Shown here: positions 10,481 to 19,320 of the stretch, in pieces
Layout of the letters: each line of letters opens with the position of its first letter
Numbering within the stretch: the first letter of the stretch is position 1
Assembly: GCA_963715865.1 (NCBI GenBank)
Contig: OY970280.1
Location: 1,088,001-1,152,000 of the forward strand
Origin: Candidatus Bathyarchaeota archaeon
Lineage (GTDB): Archaea; Thermoproteota; Bathyarchaeia; Bathyarchaeales; Bathycorpusculaceae
Length of the DNA stretch: 64,000 nt
Direction: 5' to 3'
Notes under the pieces: generated by a model
Told to the model about the DNA's origin: nothing
The model's input: only the letters and a program-made list of their open reading frames with translations
Database searches by the model: none
Program-made: the position numbers and the translations under genes

Positions 10481-10801
10481 ATGTCTGAAATCTACAAAAA
10501 AGAAATTGTACAACACATAATCAGAAACCTACTAGACATCCAACTATTACGAATAGTGCAAGTCCAACCAACATGGGGATACAAAATCAAAAAACAAGTA
10601 GAAGCAGATTTTAACATAAAACTAAGACATGGCGCACTCTACCCCGCGCTAAATTCTCTAGAACAAAAAGGCTTCCTTGAAAGCAAAAAACAAAAAAAAG
10701 ACGGACGAGCAAGGAAAGTGTACACTATAACAGAAAATGGCAAATCTTACCTGCAAACCTACTACAGCGTACTGCAGGGTCAACTTGATAGCGAAACATA
10801 A
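10481..10801 (+). CDS. PadR-family transcription regulator (divergent from the previous one)
   Basis: TWGYKI...GALYPALNSLEQKGFL...RKVYTITENG. Confidence 0.9.
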   Translation: MSEIYKKEIVQHIIRNLLDIQLLRIVQVQPTWGYKIKKQVEADFNIKLRHGALYPALNSLEQKGFLESKKQKKDGRARKVYTITENGKSYLQTYYSVLQGQLDSET

Positions 10802-10965
10802 AAACCAATTAAGCCCAATTTCACCGCTTTTATTTGTCAACCAATCAGTCATAAAATTTTGAGTTTTTGATACATAGTTTAACATGCCGACTAACATAGC
10901 CTTTGAATAAGCATGAAAAAGCTTTTATTCTAAGTAAGATGACAAAAAATTAGAGGAAAAAACAA

Positions 10966-11634
10966 ATGACTCTTGAATCAAGCAAAATCTTAGGCTGCAT
11001 AGGCGCAATACTAATGCTAATAGGCTCATTGGTTACTAGCTATACTTTTGGCATTCTTGACCTTGTTGGTGTAATACTCGTTTTGGTTGCACTGAACGGT
11101 TTAGCGAACAATTATAAAGAAAGAGGTATATTCACTAATGCACTTTACAGTCTCGTTGCAGGCATAGTGGGCGTAGTAGGGGCAGTTGCGGCGGCTCTCT
11201 ACATAGTTTTTGACACGACCATATTAACAAGTTTACTTCAGAAGCTTTATCCGTCTTGGAATGGCAGTTGGTCAACAATTTCGTCACTTTCAGGCTTAAC
11301 GCCCAACACCTCGAACATAACCGCAAGCGACGCCATGCCTATAATAAGCGCACTATTTTTAGTGTTAGTCGTACTTTGGATTTTCACCATAATTGCAGCT
11401 TTCTTCGCTAGACGATCACTGAAAGCTCTTTCAGCCAAAGCGAGTGTAGGTTTATTCTCAACTGCTGCTCTACTGTTATTCATAGGTGCATTTCTAACAA
11501 TAATTCTCATAGGATTCCTTCTAATCTGGATCGCTGTACTGTTGATTGCGATTGCCTTTTTCCAAATAAAACCGCAGCCAGAACAACCAGTAGCAACAAT
11601 GGCTCCTCCGCCGTTAACACCAACGCCAGTCTAA
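10966..11634 (+). CDS. DUF996-like membrane protein
   Basis: SKILGCIGAIL start, ERGIFTN, LFIGAFLTIILIG, IAFFQI; Pro-rich tail. Confidence 0.8.
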   Translation: MTLESSKILGCIGAILMLIGSLVTSYTFGILDLVGVILVLVALNGLANNYKERGIFTNALYSLVAGIVGVVGAVAAALYIVFDTTILTSLLQKLYPSWNGSWSTISSLSGLTPNTSNITASDAMPIISALFLVLVVLWIFTIIAAFFARRSLKALSAKASVGLFSTAALLLFIGAFLTIILIGFLLIWIAVLLIAIAFFQIKPQPEQPVATMAPPPLTPTPV

Positions 11635-12324
11635 AAACCAAACAATCTCCTTTTTTTATTTAACAATCCTACTCATTACAAATGTCATCGTCATTTTTTC
11701 TATTTTCGTGAATAAGTAAAAGTGACAGCTTCCAAGGCGCAGGGTTTGTAAATCGTAAGTTTGTTGTTTTATCGATGATTAAATTGTTTGGGTTCATTTG
11801 TTGTAAGCATGGTTTAGGGGCAGAGACGTTTGTTCGTTTTGGTAAATGCTTTGTTCAAACAATCGAGTTAAATGCGGAGGCTATGGATGTTTGTCCGTTC
11901 CTCAAAAAGTTTTGTCTAGGCAATCCCTTGGGCAAAAGGAGCTTTTACCGTTGGAAATCTGAACTTGATGAGTGGGAAGCTCAAGTTGTACCGCCTAGGT
12001 CTTGTAGTTTCTGAAAAGGAAAACAATAGTTCATCATCTTCATCATCAACAAGCAGGCATTACGACCGCCTAGACTTGTGATTTCTGAGGAAACACTAGT
12101 GTCATCATAAACAACTGGTAAATCTGGAGAACCGACAGATGCCGAGTTGTCTGGGCAAAAGGTTGCATTCGCATTTACATAAACTGACTAGTTTACCTCT
12201 CAATAAAGCAGGCAGTTAAGTCGCTGGACCAATATTTACGCCCAAGCTAAATACTCCCGTCATGTTGAAAACAATCTGCATACATCCACCAAAGAACGTT
12301 TTGGAATATCACAAGGTTGAAATT

Positions 12325-12368
12325 TGGGGGACGATGTTTCATTCACGGGGATGATGTCGCCGTCCCAG
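12325..12368 (+). repeat. att-like copy 1 (5' fragment of the C/D sRNA, lacks box D')
   Basis: 22 bp core at 12347-12368 identical to copies 2 and 3; upstream TGGGGGACGATG shared with copy 3. Confidence 0.9.
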
Positions 12369-12505
12369 CCTTAGGGCTTACTGGTTCTTTACTGTTTACT
12401 TGTGTGTTGTCTTGGTTTGTTATCTTTTCCATGTTTATATCCCTACACCGTTATTAGGTAGCTTCTCACATAAGCTTTATCTGGGCAAATACACGGGGTA
12501 CCCTA

Positions 12506-12652
12506 ATGGAAAAAATAGTACTGCTAAAAATTTCAACCATGAAAGGCTCTCGCATAGAGAGCGTTCCTCTAAACAAACTGCGATTATTGGCTGATGACAA
12601 GCACAGGTTCTGGTCTTTAGAAGGCGATTTCTTGGTGCTTAAATCCTATTGA
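12506..12652 (+). CDS. 48 aa small protein (not in ORF track)
   Basis: MEKIVLLKISTMKGSRIESVPLNKLRLLADDKHRFWSLEGDFLVLKSY; a second copy at 13286-13378 differs mostly at synonymous positions, which implies coding constraint. Confidence 0.6.
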   Translation: MEKIVLLKISTMKGSRIESVPLNKLRLLADDKHRFWSLEGDFLVLKSY

Positions 12653-12808
12653 TTTTTTTATTTCGTTTAGCGTAAAAGGCATAGCTTGCCGATGCTATTT
12701 AGGCATGTTTTACATTCCTATTTTCTTCGTTCGCACTGATATGACTTTTTAGAAAAAGTGGGGAAATATATTAAAGTCTTGAGCTGTAGTATTACCTTTG
12801 GTGGTTTC

Positions 12809-13018
12809 ATGTCTGAGGGTGTTCTCCTTACGGATGAAGATAGGGCTTTACTGGTAAAGGTAAGCGGTTTACTTGAGGAAATAGTCGAAACTTTCAGCAT
12901 ACTGGAAGATAAAGAAGCTATGTCTTGCTTAAAAAAGGCTGAAGCAGATGTCAAAGCTGGAAGAGTTAGAGATTATGACGCGTTCCTCAAGGAGCTGAAA
13001 CAAACTGGCGAAATATAA
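12809..13018 (+). CDS. Type II antitoxin (RelE partner)
   Basis: 'ETFSILEDKEAMSCLKKAEADVKAGRV' Phd/RelB-like C-terminal pattern; overlaps the RelE start; ATG at 12809. Confidence 0.75.
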   Translation: MSEGVLLTDEDRALLVKVSGLLEEIVETFSILEDKEAMSCLKKAEADVKAGRVRDYDAFLKELKQTGEI

Positions 13019-13262
13019 ACTGCAGGTTACGAAAACTTTTGAAAAAGATTTTCGAAAGTTTGATACCCAAACAAAACGGAGAATAGACTCAGCGATAAGA
13101 CTGCTTGAAGCTGACCCTTATGTGGGGAAGCCTTTGAGAGGGAATCTTGCTGGTAAATGGTCGATTAGAAGCGGCGACTACAGAGTCATCTATACAATAA
13201 GCGAAAACGAGAAAATAGTGCTACTTTATGACACAAGACATAGAAAGAAAGTCTACGAATAA
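13005..13262 (+). CDS. relE: RelE/ParE-family toxin with a CTG start (not in ORF track)
   Basis: AKYKLQVTKTFEKDFRKF...DPYVGKPLRGNLAGKWSIRSGDYRVIY...HRKKVYE; in-frame TGA at 12996 leaves CTG as the only start; GGAG at 12991. Confidence 0.88.
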   Translation: MAKYKLQVTKTFEKDFRKFDTQTKRRIDSAIRLLEADPYVGKPLRGNLAGKWSIRSGDYRVIYTISENEKIVLLYDTRHRKKVYE

Positions 13263-13285
13263 CTCAAACAGCCAATTTGTGTCAC

Positions 13286-13378
13286 GAGTGTTCCTTTGAC
13301 AAATTACGATTGTTAGCTAATGATAAACATAGGTTTTGGTCTTTAGAAGGCGATTTCTTGGTTTTGCATTCCTATTAG
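13286..13378 (+). pseudogene. 3' fragment paralogous to the 48 aa gene
   Basis: Translates VP-DKLRLLANDKHRFWSLEGDFLVLHSY* with a 1 nt deletion; direct repeat of 12559-12652. Confidence 0.75.
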
Positions 13379-13394
13379 TTTTGTCGATTTGGAG

Positions 13395-13781
13395 TTAAAC
13401 GTTTGCAATTAACCTAACCTTTGTAGGTCTATTATGATTAACTTCAACAATCCTCAGGTACGCAAGCAGAGGAGCAACATAGGATGCTTGAGAGTGCTTA
13501 CTCTTAGTTTTAGTGGTTAACCGTAGGTACTTTTCAAGTGTAAAGTCATCAACATAGGAAGTAGCTTCATGCTTTGCTCCAATCTTAACCCAACTCTTGC
13601 CCTTAAGAAACTTTGGGATTCCATTGAAGCTGTCCTTTGAAACTTCGATTTCTATAGTTTTAATAAAGAATACCACTCTATCGGCTTCTACTGATTTAAC
13701 TGTAAATGGTTTGTCGTAATAGGGAGTGCCCAATTCTAAACCTGAATGTACTTCTTTTTTTATTCTATCAAATACTGACAT
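13395..13781 (-). CDS. Hypothetical protein
   Basis: 128 aa ATG ORF; no recognised motif. Confidence 0.7.
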   Translation of the reverse strand: MSVFDRIKKEVHSGLELGTPYYDKPFTVKSVEADRVVFFIKTIEIEVSKDSFNGIPKFLKGKSWVKIGAKHEATSYVDDFTLEKYLRLTTKTKSKHSQASYVAPLLAYLRIVEVNHNRPTKVRLIANV

Positions 13782-13797
13782 ATGGCATCCAACTTTT

Positions 13798-14217
13798 CTA
13801 TGGGTTACGTTCTAATTCAGCGATAGAGGGAAGGCTCTCTCCATTTTCAAGTCTATTCATCAATCTATTGATCCTTTCCAATAGCTTCCTATGTTCGCCT
13901 CTCATGTGAATTATAATATAGACTCCGCCAATAGCACTCATAATAAATGCTATATCACCACCTAAAACACTAAGTGTATAGTAGATTGTTACAGAAACAG
14001 TGATTAACAGTATTAAACCACCCGCAGCGATTGCACTCAAGAAATTAAACCATGATTCCTCATGGCTAGCTATAATCTGAACTTTCTGAAAATCGACCTC
14101 TCGTTTGGTATCCTTTGACTTATCACAAATTGAATCAAGTTTTTCCTTGAGAGCCTTTATAGTATCTAAATCTTTGCTAATTTCCTTCACTGCCTTCTCC
14201 AAATCACTCTCAGACAT
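13798..14217 (-). CDS. Hypothetical two-TM protein with coiled-coil N-terminus
   Basis: Likely ATG at 14217; two hydrophobic helices. Confidence 0.65.
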   Translation of the reverse strand: MSESDLEKAVKEISKDLDTIKALKEKLDSICDKSKDTKREVDFQKVQIIASHEESWFNFLSAIAAGGLILLITVSVTIYYTLSVLGGDIAFIMSAIGGVYIIIHMRGEHRKLLERINRLMNRLENGESLPSIAELERNP

Positions 14218-14605
14218 GTTTACGCTATTTCTCGGTTGTTTGAATTTAAAACTTTCTTGAAAGCTTCTTTCCAAAAAAGGTTAACTCTGCCGCAATCGAC
14301 AGAGCCCTTAGGTGTGTGGGGGTTGCCTTTTAAGGAGGGGTCATCCACTGCCTGAGGTGTCGATTGCTTGTAAGAATCCCCTAAGGAGTGTGGAGTTCTG
14401 GAGTTCAGGGCATCGCTGATGTACAGTTTCGGTTTGTCGTTGCTTCTTAAGCTGGGTAATACCTATTTTGCTTAAACATATCTATTACCATGAAAAAGCT
14501 ATATTTGTCCGTCTCTTCTTTGCTGATGATGCCTCTTTCTACCTACTAAATTGTAATAATTCGTGCAAAAAAATTAATATAGCAAAAACGAAAACCGTAT
14601 GCAGT

Positions 14606-14731
14606 CAGTAGCGCGGAAGGAAAGCAGGGAGCGGGAGCAACTCGGTGGTCTTTTCCCGCACACTGGCTCCTTAACGCGGTGGCTCAGGTGCTTGCTTCCT
14701 CGTACCTACGCGTCTTCCGCGCATTTTCTAC
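14606..14731 (+). ncRNA. Candidate structured RNA or DNA hairpin element
   Basis: Perfect 9 bp closing stem GCGCGGAAG/CTTCCGCGC plus nested stems; TTAATATA at 14574; T-rich tail. Confidence 0.4.
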
Positions 14732-15116
14732 TTAAGACGAGGGCAGTTTTAAGCTTTGCTCTCATATCGAAGTTAATTGAGAGCCTGTCAATCACTAATG
14801 AACGCGAAGATTTTGGTCGTTTTTATGTCAATTTAGTATATGGATATCAATTTCTTTGTTGGAATATACTTAGAGAATTTGATGAATGCTGTTGTTTCAA
14901 GACCACATATATATAAAACTGTTCCATGAAGAAAGACAATAGCTTTCGATTGAATTTCGCAAAAACTATGTAAAATTTACATAAAGCGAAAATTGTCGTA
15001 ATTAATTGAACGCAGACTTTTCACATAACTATCAGAGTTTTATTAGGTAACTCGATTAGTTACCTTAATCACATATCCCTGCAACAAGCCCAATACGTTA
15101 ACAATATTCATATCTA

Positions 15117-15167
15117 ACTGGGATGCTGTATTATTCACGGGGGATGATGTCGCCGTCCCAGTCTGAT
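15117..15167 (+). repeat. att-like copy 2 (box C, guide, box D')
   Basis: 29 bp at 15139-15167 identical to 19322-19350; upstream ATTCAC shared with copy 1. Confidence 0.9.
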
Positions 15168-15364
15168 AGCGGTTTCCCGCTGTTCTTATTTTCTATTTCA
15201 GTCATTTTTCAAACCTCATTGGTAGATATAATCGCAATTTGGGCTTAAAAGGCTTGCTAACGCTGAATTATAGATTGGTAGAGCAAAATTAACGTTAATA
15301 ACGTGCGCCAGAGCTTTAGTTGGTATTATATACCAGTTAAGTTAAGAAACTAACTTGGTAGTGC

Positions 15365-16300
15365 ATGGTTCAATACTCAACACAAGAAGCAGCTAAGCGA
15401 ATCGGTATTAGTTTCATTACTCTGAAGAGGTGGATTTATTCTGGTAAAATCAAGGCGGTTAAGGATGAAAGAGGATGGTGGAGAATTGACGAAGAAGAGA
15501 TTGTTCGCATAGTTACTGAGGTACGCGGTACAAGGCAAGGGCTAGCAGAGAAAATTTTAGCTCTTATTTTCTCTAAGCGAGTGGCGTATCTTAGAGAGCT
15601 TCAAGTTTGTCTTGAAGAGGATTGCTTGCATAAGGATGTGAATGCTACTCTGGCAAGTCTTTTCAATGTGGGCAAGATTGACACGAAGTCAGCTTTTGGT
15701 GATAGATGGTTTTTCCCCAAAAGTTTGACTTGGGAAAATGTCGAGCAGACTGCTAAAGAGAAATTAGAATTAATCAATTTATATGTGAGTCATCCAAGAC
15801 GTTTTGAAAAAGACAGCGTCGTCTATATGGATTATTCGGAATATCTTGTTGAGCAAGCGTTAATCACAGCTTCGTATGTTGTGGTGTCAAAGGATGCTTA
15901 CTACTTCAATGGTCGTTCATATCGGCGAAGCTTGACCGCAGGTAGACCTACCGATTTGGACTTCATTGCAAAAGTTCCTCAAAAAGAAATCTTTGTTGGT
16001 ATTCAAGTGAAAAACAAGATGCAGCACCCTTCGCTTGATGAAGTTAACTCACTTTTAGATATTTGTGGCTTCTTAGGGCTTAAACCAGTCCTTGTTGCTC
16101 GTATAATACACCCAAAGACCTATGAATTGCTTAAGGAGAATGGCGGTCGTGCATTAAGGGTTAAACGGTACTTCTTGCAGCCGCCTTTTCCGAGAGATAG
16201 GTTTCAAGATATCGTCGGTTTGGGTATTCCTTTGGGTGTCTATAATCGGGCACCTGATTTTTTGGTAAATATGTTCAAGAGTTTACCTGCGGCTCTTTAG
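15365..16300 (+). CDS. Excisionase/MerR-like HTH fused to a PD-(D/E)xK restriction-endonuclease-like domain
   Basis: N-terminal YSTQEAAKRIGIS..TLKRWIYSGKIKA...WRI; C-terminal TDLDFIAK...GIQVKN. Confidence 0.75.
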   Translation: MVQYSTQEAAKRIGISFITLKRWIYSGKIKAVKDERGWWRIDEEEIVRIVTEVRGTRQGLAEKILALIFSKRVAYLRELQVCLEEDCLHKDVNATLASLFNVGKIDTKSAFGDRWFFPKSLTWENVEQTAKEKLELINLYVSHPRRFEKDSVVYMDYSEYLVEQALITASYVVVSKDAYYFNGRSYRRSLTAGRPTDLDFIAKVPQKEIFVGIQVKNKMQHPSLDEVNSLLDICGFLGLKPVLVARIIHPKTYELLKENGGRALRVKRYFLQPPFPRDRFQDIVGLGIPLGVYNRAPDFLVNMFKSLPAAL

Positions 16301-16757
16301 CTGTTTACTGTATCATTTCTAAGCAGTAGAATTAAAATACAAAAGTTCTATTATTATCTCGCTTTTCTGTTTGTTACTAAAAAATAATTTTTTGAACTGT
16401 TTTAGCTTCACCGATATTAAAACACTGTATTGGTAGAGAGCAGTGCTCCTAACAGAGTTTTGCTCCGTAAAAAAATCTGAAAATGGATTGAAAACAATTG
16501 AAAGAAAAAAATATAGCTATAATTTTAAGAATGTTTCCAGAACGATGGAAGCAAGTAAATATCCCATAGAAAAAGCTCTGCCATCGAATCGCCTTACCCC
16601 GACTCTCATCATAAAGTGAAACAAATCTGCAAGGCTTCGTTGGTCGAGAGCAAAGAGCCTTTGATGAAATTTTTAATATCCAGCTTCGCCATTGAAAAGT
16701 TGAAAAGTGAAACTTAAAATCCTGAGCTATCGCTCTTTACTGAGTCTCGACCGCGCG

Positions 16758-17213
16758 CTAAAACTCCTCTCCGCTGCTTTTATGGAACTTCCCGTCTTTA
16801 CAAAGGTGCATGAGAGGAAAATCTTTTGGAACCTCTTTTCTGCAAACTGGACAATTTACATAAACAGGATGTTTCCAACCAACCGGGAAACCCCTCGAAT
16901 CTCTTTCTATTTTTTCAACAAATCTAATTCGTTCGTTTGTTGTGAGATTGCTTGAATTACGGTTCTTCACTTCTTCTTCGTGGTCAGCCATAATATGGTC
17001 TAAAGCTATGTTTTCAGCAAGCTCTCTCCCATACTTACGACCAAACATTTCACCGACAAGTTTTACTGTATTCGAATCATGTCTATATTGCCTGTGAGAT
17101 TGTGAATAGCTTTTGCTCGGTTCGTCAATATAACTGTGAATATCATCACCTCTAATACCATACCGCTTTAACGAATGCTGGCAATGTTCTTCGTGTTGAG
17201 GTACCCCAGACAC
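16758..17213 (-). CDS. His-rich putative metal-binding protein (DUF6915-like pattern) with a C-terminal Cys motif
   Basis: HEEHCQHS...IHSYID...HRQYRH...DHIMADH; CPVC...HLC. Confidence 0.6.
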   Translation of the reverse strand: MSGVPQHEEHCQHSLKRYGIRGDDIHSYIDEPSKSYSQSHRQYRHDSNTVKLVGEMFGRKYGRELAENIALDHIMADHEEEVKNRNSSNLTTNERIRFVEKIERDSRGFPVGWKHPVYVNCPVCRKEVPKDFPLMHLCKDGKFHKSSGEEF

Positions 17214-17293
17214 CTCTTAATAAAAAATAAAATTGGTATTGTTTTCTTTATAAGATTTGTCACATCTCATTTGCGAGCTATCTTTATTTTCCC

Positions 17294-17430
17294 TGTGTGT
17301 GTGAGCGCCAAAACATAGGTATTTGAATAATACAAATATGACAGCATTAACCAAACTTGTGTGTGTTGGCGAAAAAACTATGGTACAAAAATAATAAAAG
17401 CGTAGTTTGGTTGTGTGTGGTTGGACTATG
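17294..17430. repeat. Three imperfect direct repeats with a (TG)n core
   Basis: TGTGTGTG followed by ...(C/A)TA(T)GG(G)TA at ~17294, ~17357 and ~17411. Confidence 0.5.
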
Positions 17431-17598
17431 GGTATAAAATTAATATCAGTTTTTAAAAAGTTTCACAAATGCTGGAAGGCGCAAAGTCCTAGAAGCATTG
17501 TGATATGTTCATCTTTAGACCCATGTTTCGCTTTTGCAGAATTTCAAACTGTTTTTTTCTCTGACTTGCAAAACTGAAAACAAAAAAAGGAGAACTTG

Positions 17599-17931
17599 CT
17601 ACTTGCAAGTTTTCTGAATCTCACTATTCAGCAATTTCAGCAACTTCGTCACGTCAGCATTATTACTGTAGTCCTTAGTTGCATCCTTGAAATTTTCCAA
17701 AGACGACTCGTTCAGCTTCTCCTCTTTACCTGCTTTTATTCCCGTTATAGTCAATCCTGTCAACAGCTCGTAGCGTAGTTCCACGAGTAGGCAAACCTTG
17801 TTTGATAGACTAAGTTTCGCATCGGCTTCAATGAAATTTTTTGCTGTGTCAACGGTCAAAAGTTTTCCGTGCTTCTCTTGTTCTTCCAGAACTTTTCTCA
17901 CACAGCCCAACTTATCAACCATAATAACCAC
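17599..17931 (-). CDS. Hypothetical protein
   Basis: 110 aa ORF; no recognised motif. Confidence 0.6.
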   Translation of the reverse strand: MVIMVDKLGCVRKVLEEQEKHGKLLTVDTAKNFIEADAKLSLSNKVCLLVELRYELLTGLTITGIKAGKEEKLNESSLENFKDATKDYSNNADVTKLLKLLNSEIQKTCK

Positions 17932-17968
17932 AAGCCATTATTGCGGTCAATACTAAAAGATGTTTCAC

Positions 17969-18223
17969 TTAAGAAATGAATCCCGCATCTTTTTCTTCCT
18001 CTATGTCCAATTCCAAATTTAAAATAACCAGTATTCCAAACAACATCAGCGGTCCCCAAACAAAGAAGAAGAATAAGGATATCGCTGAACCATCAGCTAA
18101 TTGTCCAAAGACGAGAACAAATGGTGTTAAAAACCTTAGAAACAGTGTAAGCCATCAAAGTACCACTTCTGCATAGCATAGCGTCAAAACAAGGCTTTTT
18201 ATGAATTTACTGCGAGTTTTCAT
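17969..18223 (-). pseudogene. Small membrane protein gene with one in-frame TGA
   Basis: MKTRSKFIKSLVLTLCYAEVVL*WLTLFLRF...DAGFIS*; the TGA is codon 23 (18155-18157). Confidence 0.55.
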
Positions 18224-18412
18224 TGTCGCCTACCGCAATTTTTTTCAGTGGACACACTCCGTTTTAAGGTCTTGATTAGTTCAAGAACTCCTGCCGTGCA
18301 GCCGTCATTAAGTCGTTCAGTCACTTGCTCATCTACTTAGCGTGCGCAAGAAAGTGCGGAAAAGTAATTCTTTTCATTTTCATTTGTTTAAGTAAAATTA
18401 CTAACTGAACTC

Positions 18413-18811
18413 TTACTTAGCCCTCGCTATGAGCAAAAAGCCGACTAACGTAACCCCAAATATAACCGCAATCCATGCTATTGCATTATAGTACCACCAC
18501 ACATTCAAATGAGGAAACGTTAGAAAATCTCCAATGAAGGTTATTACACTGTTAATCAACAATATTCCAAAAGCAAGCACTGTAACTAAAGCCGCAAGTT
18601 TTGTCCACCTATGTTTACGCCGCATAATAGCCAAGCCGAGCGTTATGAACGCAATGATAACCCACAGAAAAGCTAAAGAATATATCCAAGCCGTGGCATC
18701 CCAATAACTAAAAATCGGATTAACAATAAACAGTATTGTAGCTATCAGCAATAATGACGCGCCAATTAATTGGAGCTTAGTCTTTTTACTGACCCTTAAC
18801 TCCATAGGCAT
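18413..18811 (-). CDS. Four-TM membrane protein; its N-terminal double zinc ribbon appears frameshifted
   Basis: In-frame upstream ...DKADFCPKCGAE; the first ribbon (F-CPK-G) is recoverable only with frameshifts near 18870. Confidence 0.6.
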   Translation of the reverse strand: MPMELRVSKKTKLQLIGASLLLIATILFIVNPIFSYWDATAWIYSLAFLWVIIAFITLGLAIMRRKHRWTKLAALVTVLAFGILLINSVITFIGDFLTFPHLNVWWYYNAIAWIAVIFGVTLVGFLLIARAK

Positions 18812-18974
18812 CTCAGCACCGCATTTTGGGCAAAAATCCGCTTTATCATCATTAACATCTTGACCCAGACTTAGGACAAACTCTAATGTTTTAGACTCCA
18901 GTCGGCGTTTCTCGTTGTGAGTATCTTGTATTTAGCTTTTTAAAATTTGTGCACTAAAGTTTAATCTGATTCCT

Positions 18975-19286
18975 CTACTTTCGCTTTCTGAATAGCTTGA
19001 CTCCATCTATTTCTGTGACGTACTCGAAGCCTTGCTCAATGAGATTCTGAGCTTCTTGCAATGTCTTCGCAGTAGCAGAATGATATTCATCGCCTTCAAT
19101 TTCAATTAGTTGCGTATATCTTAAAGTTGTCCGCAAGTCTTTATGCCCAAGAAGTCTTTTAACATGAAGCAAATCTTTTGTTCTATGATACTCCATTGTC
19201 GCCTTGAAGTGTCTGAAGTCATACAATCGAATGCTCTTTAAGCTCATGTCACCGTATGCTTTCTTGTTCATGTTCCAACATGTCAA
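18975..19286 (-). pseudogene. Tyrosine recombinase/integrase, C-terminal fragment
   Basis: YDFRH (HxxR-like box), LGH, catalytic Tyr in TTLRYT, tail GFEYVTEIDGVKLFRKRK; the N-terminal domains and first catalytic Arg are missing. Confidence 0.9.
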
Positions 19287-19320
19287 GAATACTTTATTTG
19301 TGGGGGACGATGCTACATTG

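Noticed and set aside
11775-12200. Imperfect 25 bp repeats (ACCGCCTAG...TTTCTGA) and ORF 11775..12014
   Set aside because: They look like frameshifted remains of a repetitive minus-strand gene; no coherent product can be supported.
14599-14916. ORF 14599..14916 as a protein
   Set aside because: No motif or RBS, and it overlaps strongly self-complementary sequence. Better treated as non-coding.
15336-15346. GTTAAGTTAAG as a third copy of the transposon TIR
   Set aside because: It lacks the GACACT terminus, the GTTACCCAACAT block and any TSD; an AT-rich chance match.
17969-18223. Selenocysteine read-through at the in-frame TGA
   Set aside because: The TGA lies in a hydrophobic segment with no redox motif or evident SECIS, among other decaying genes. 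A nonsense mutation is more likely.
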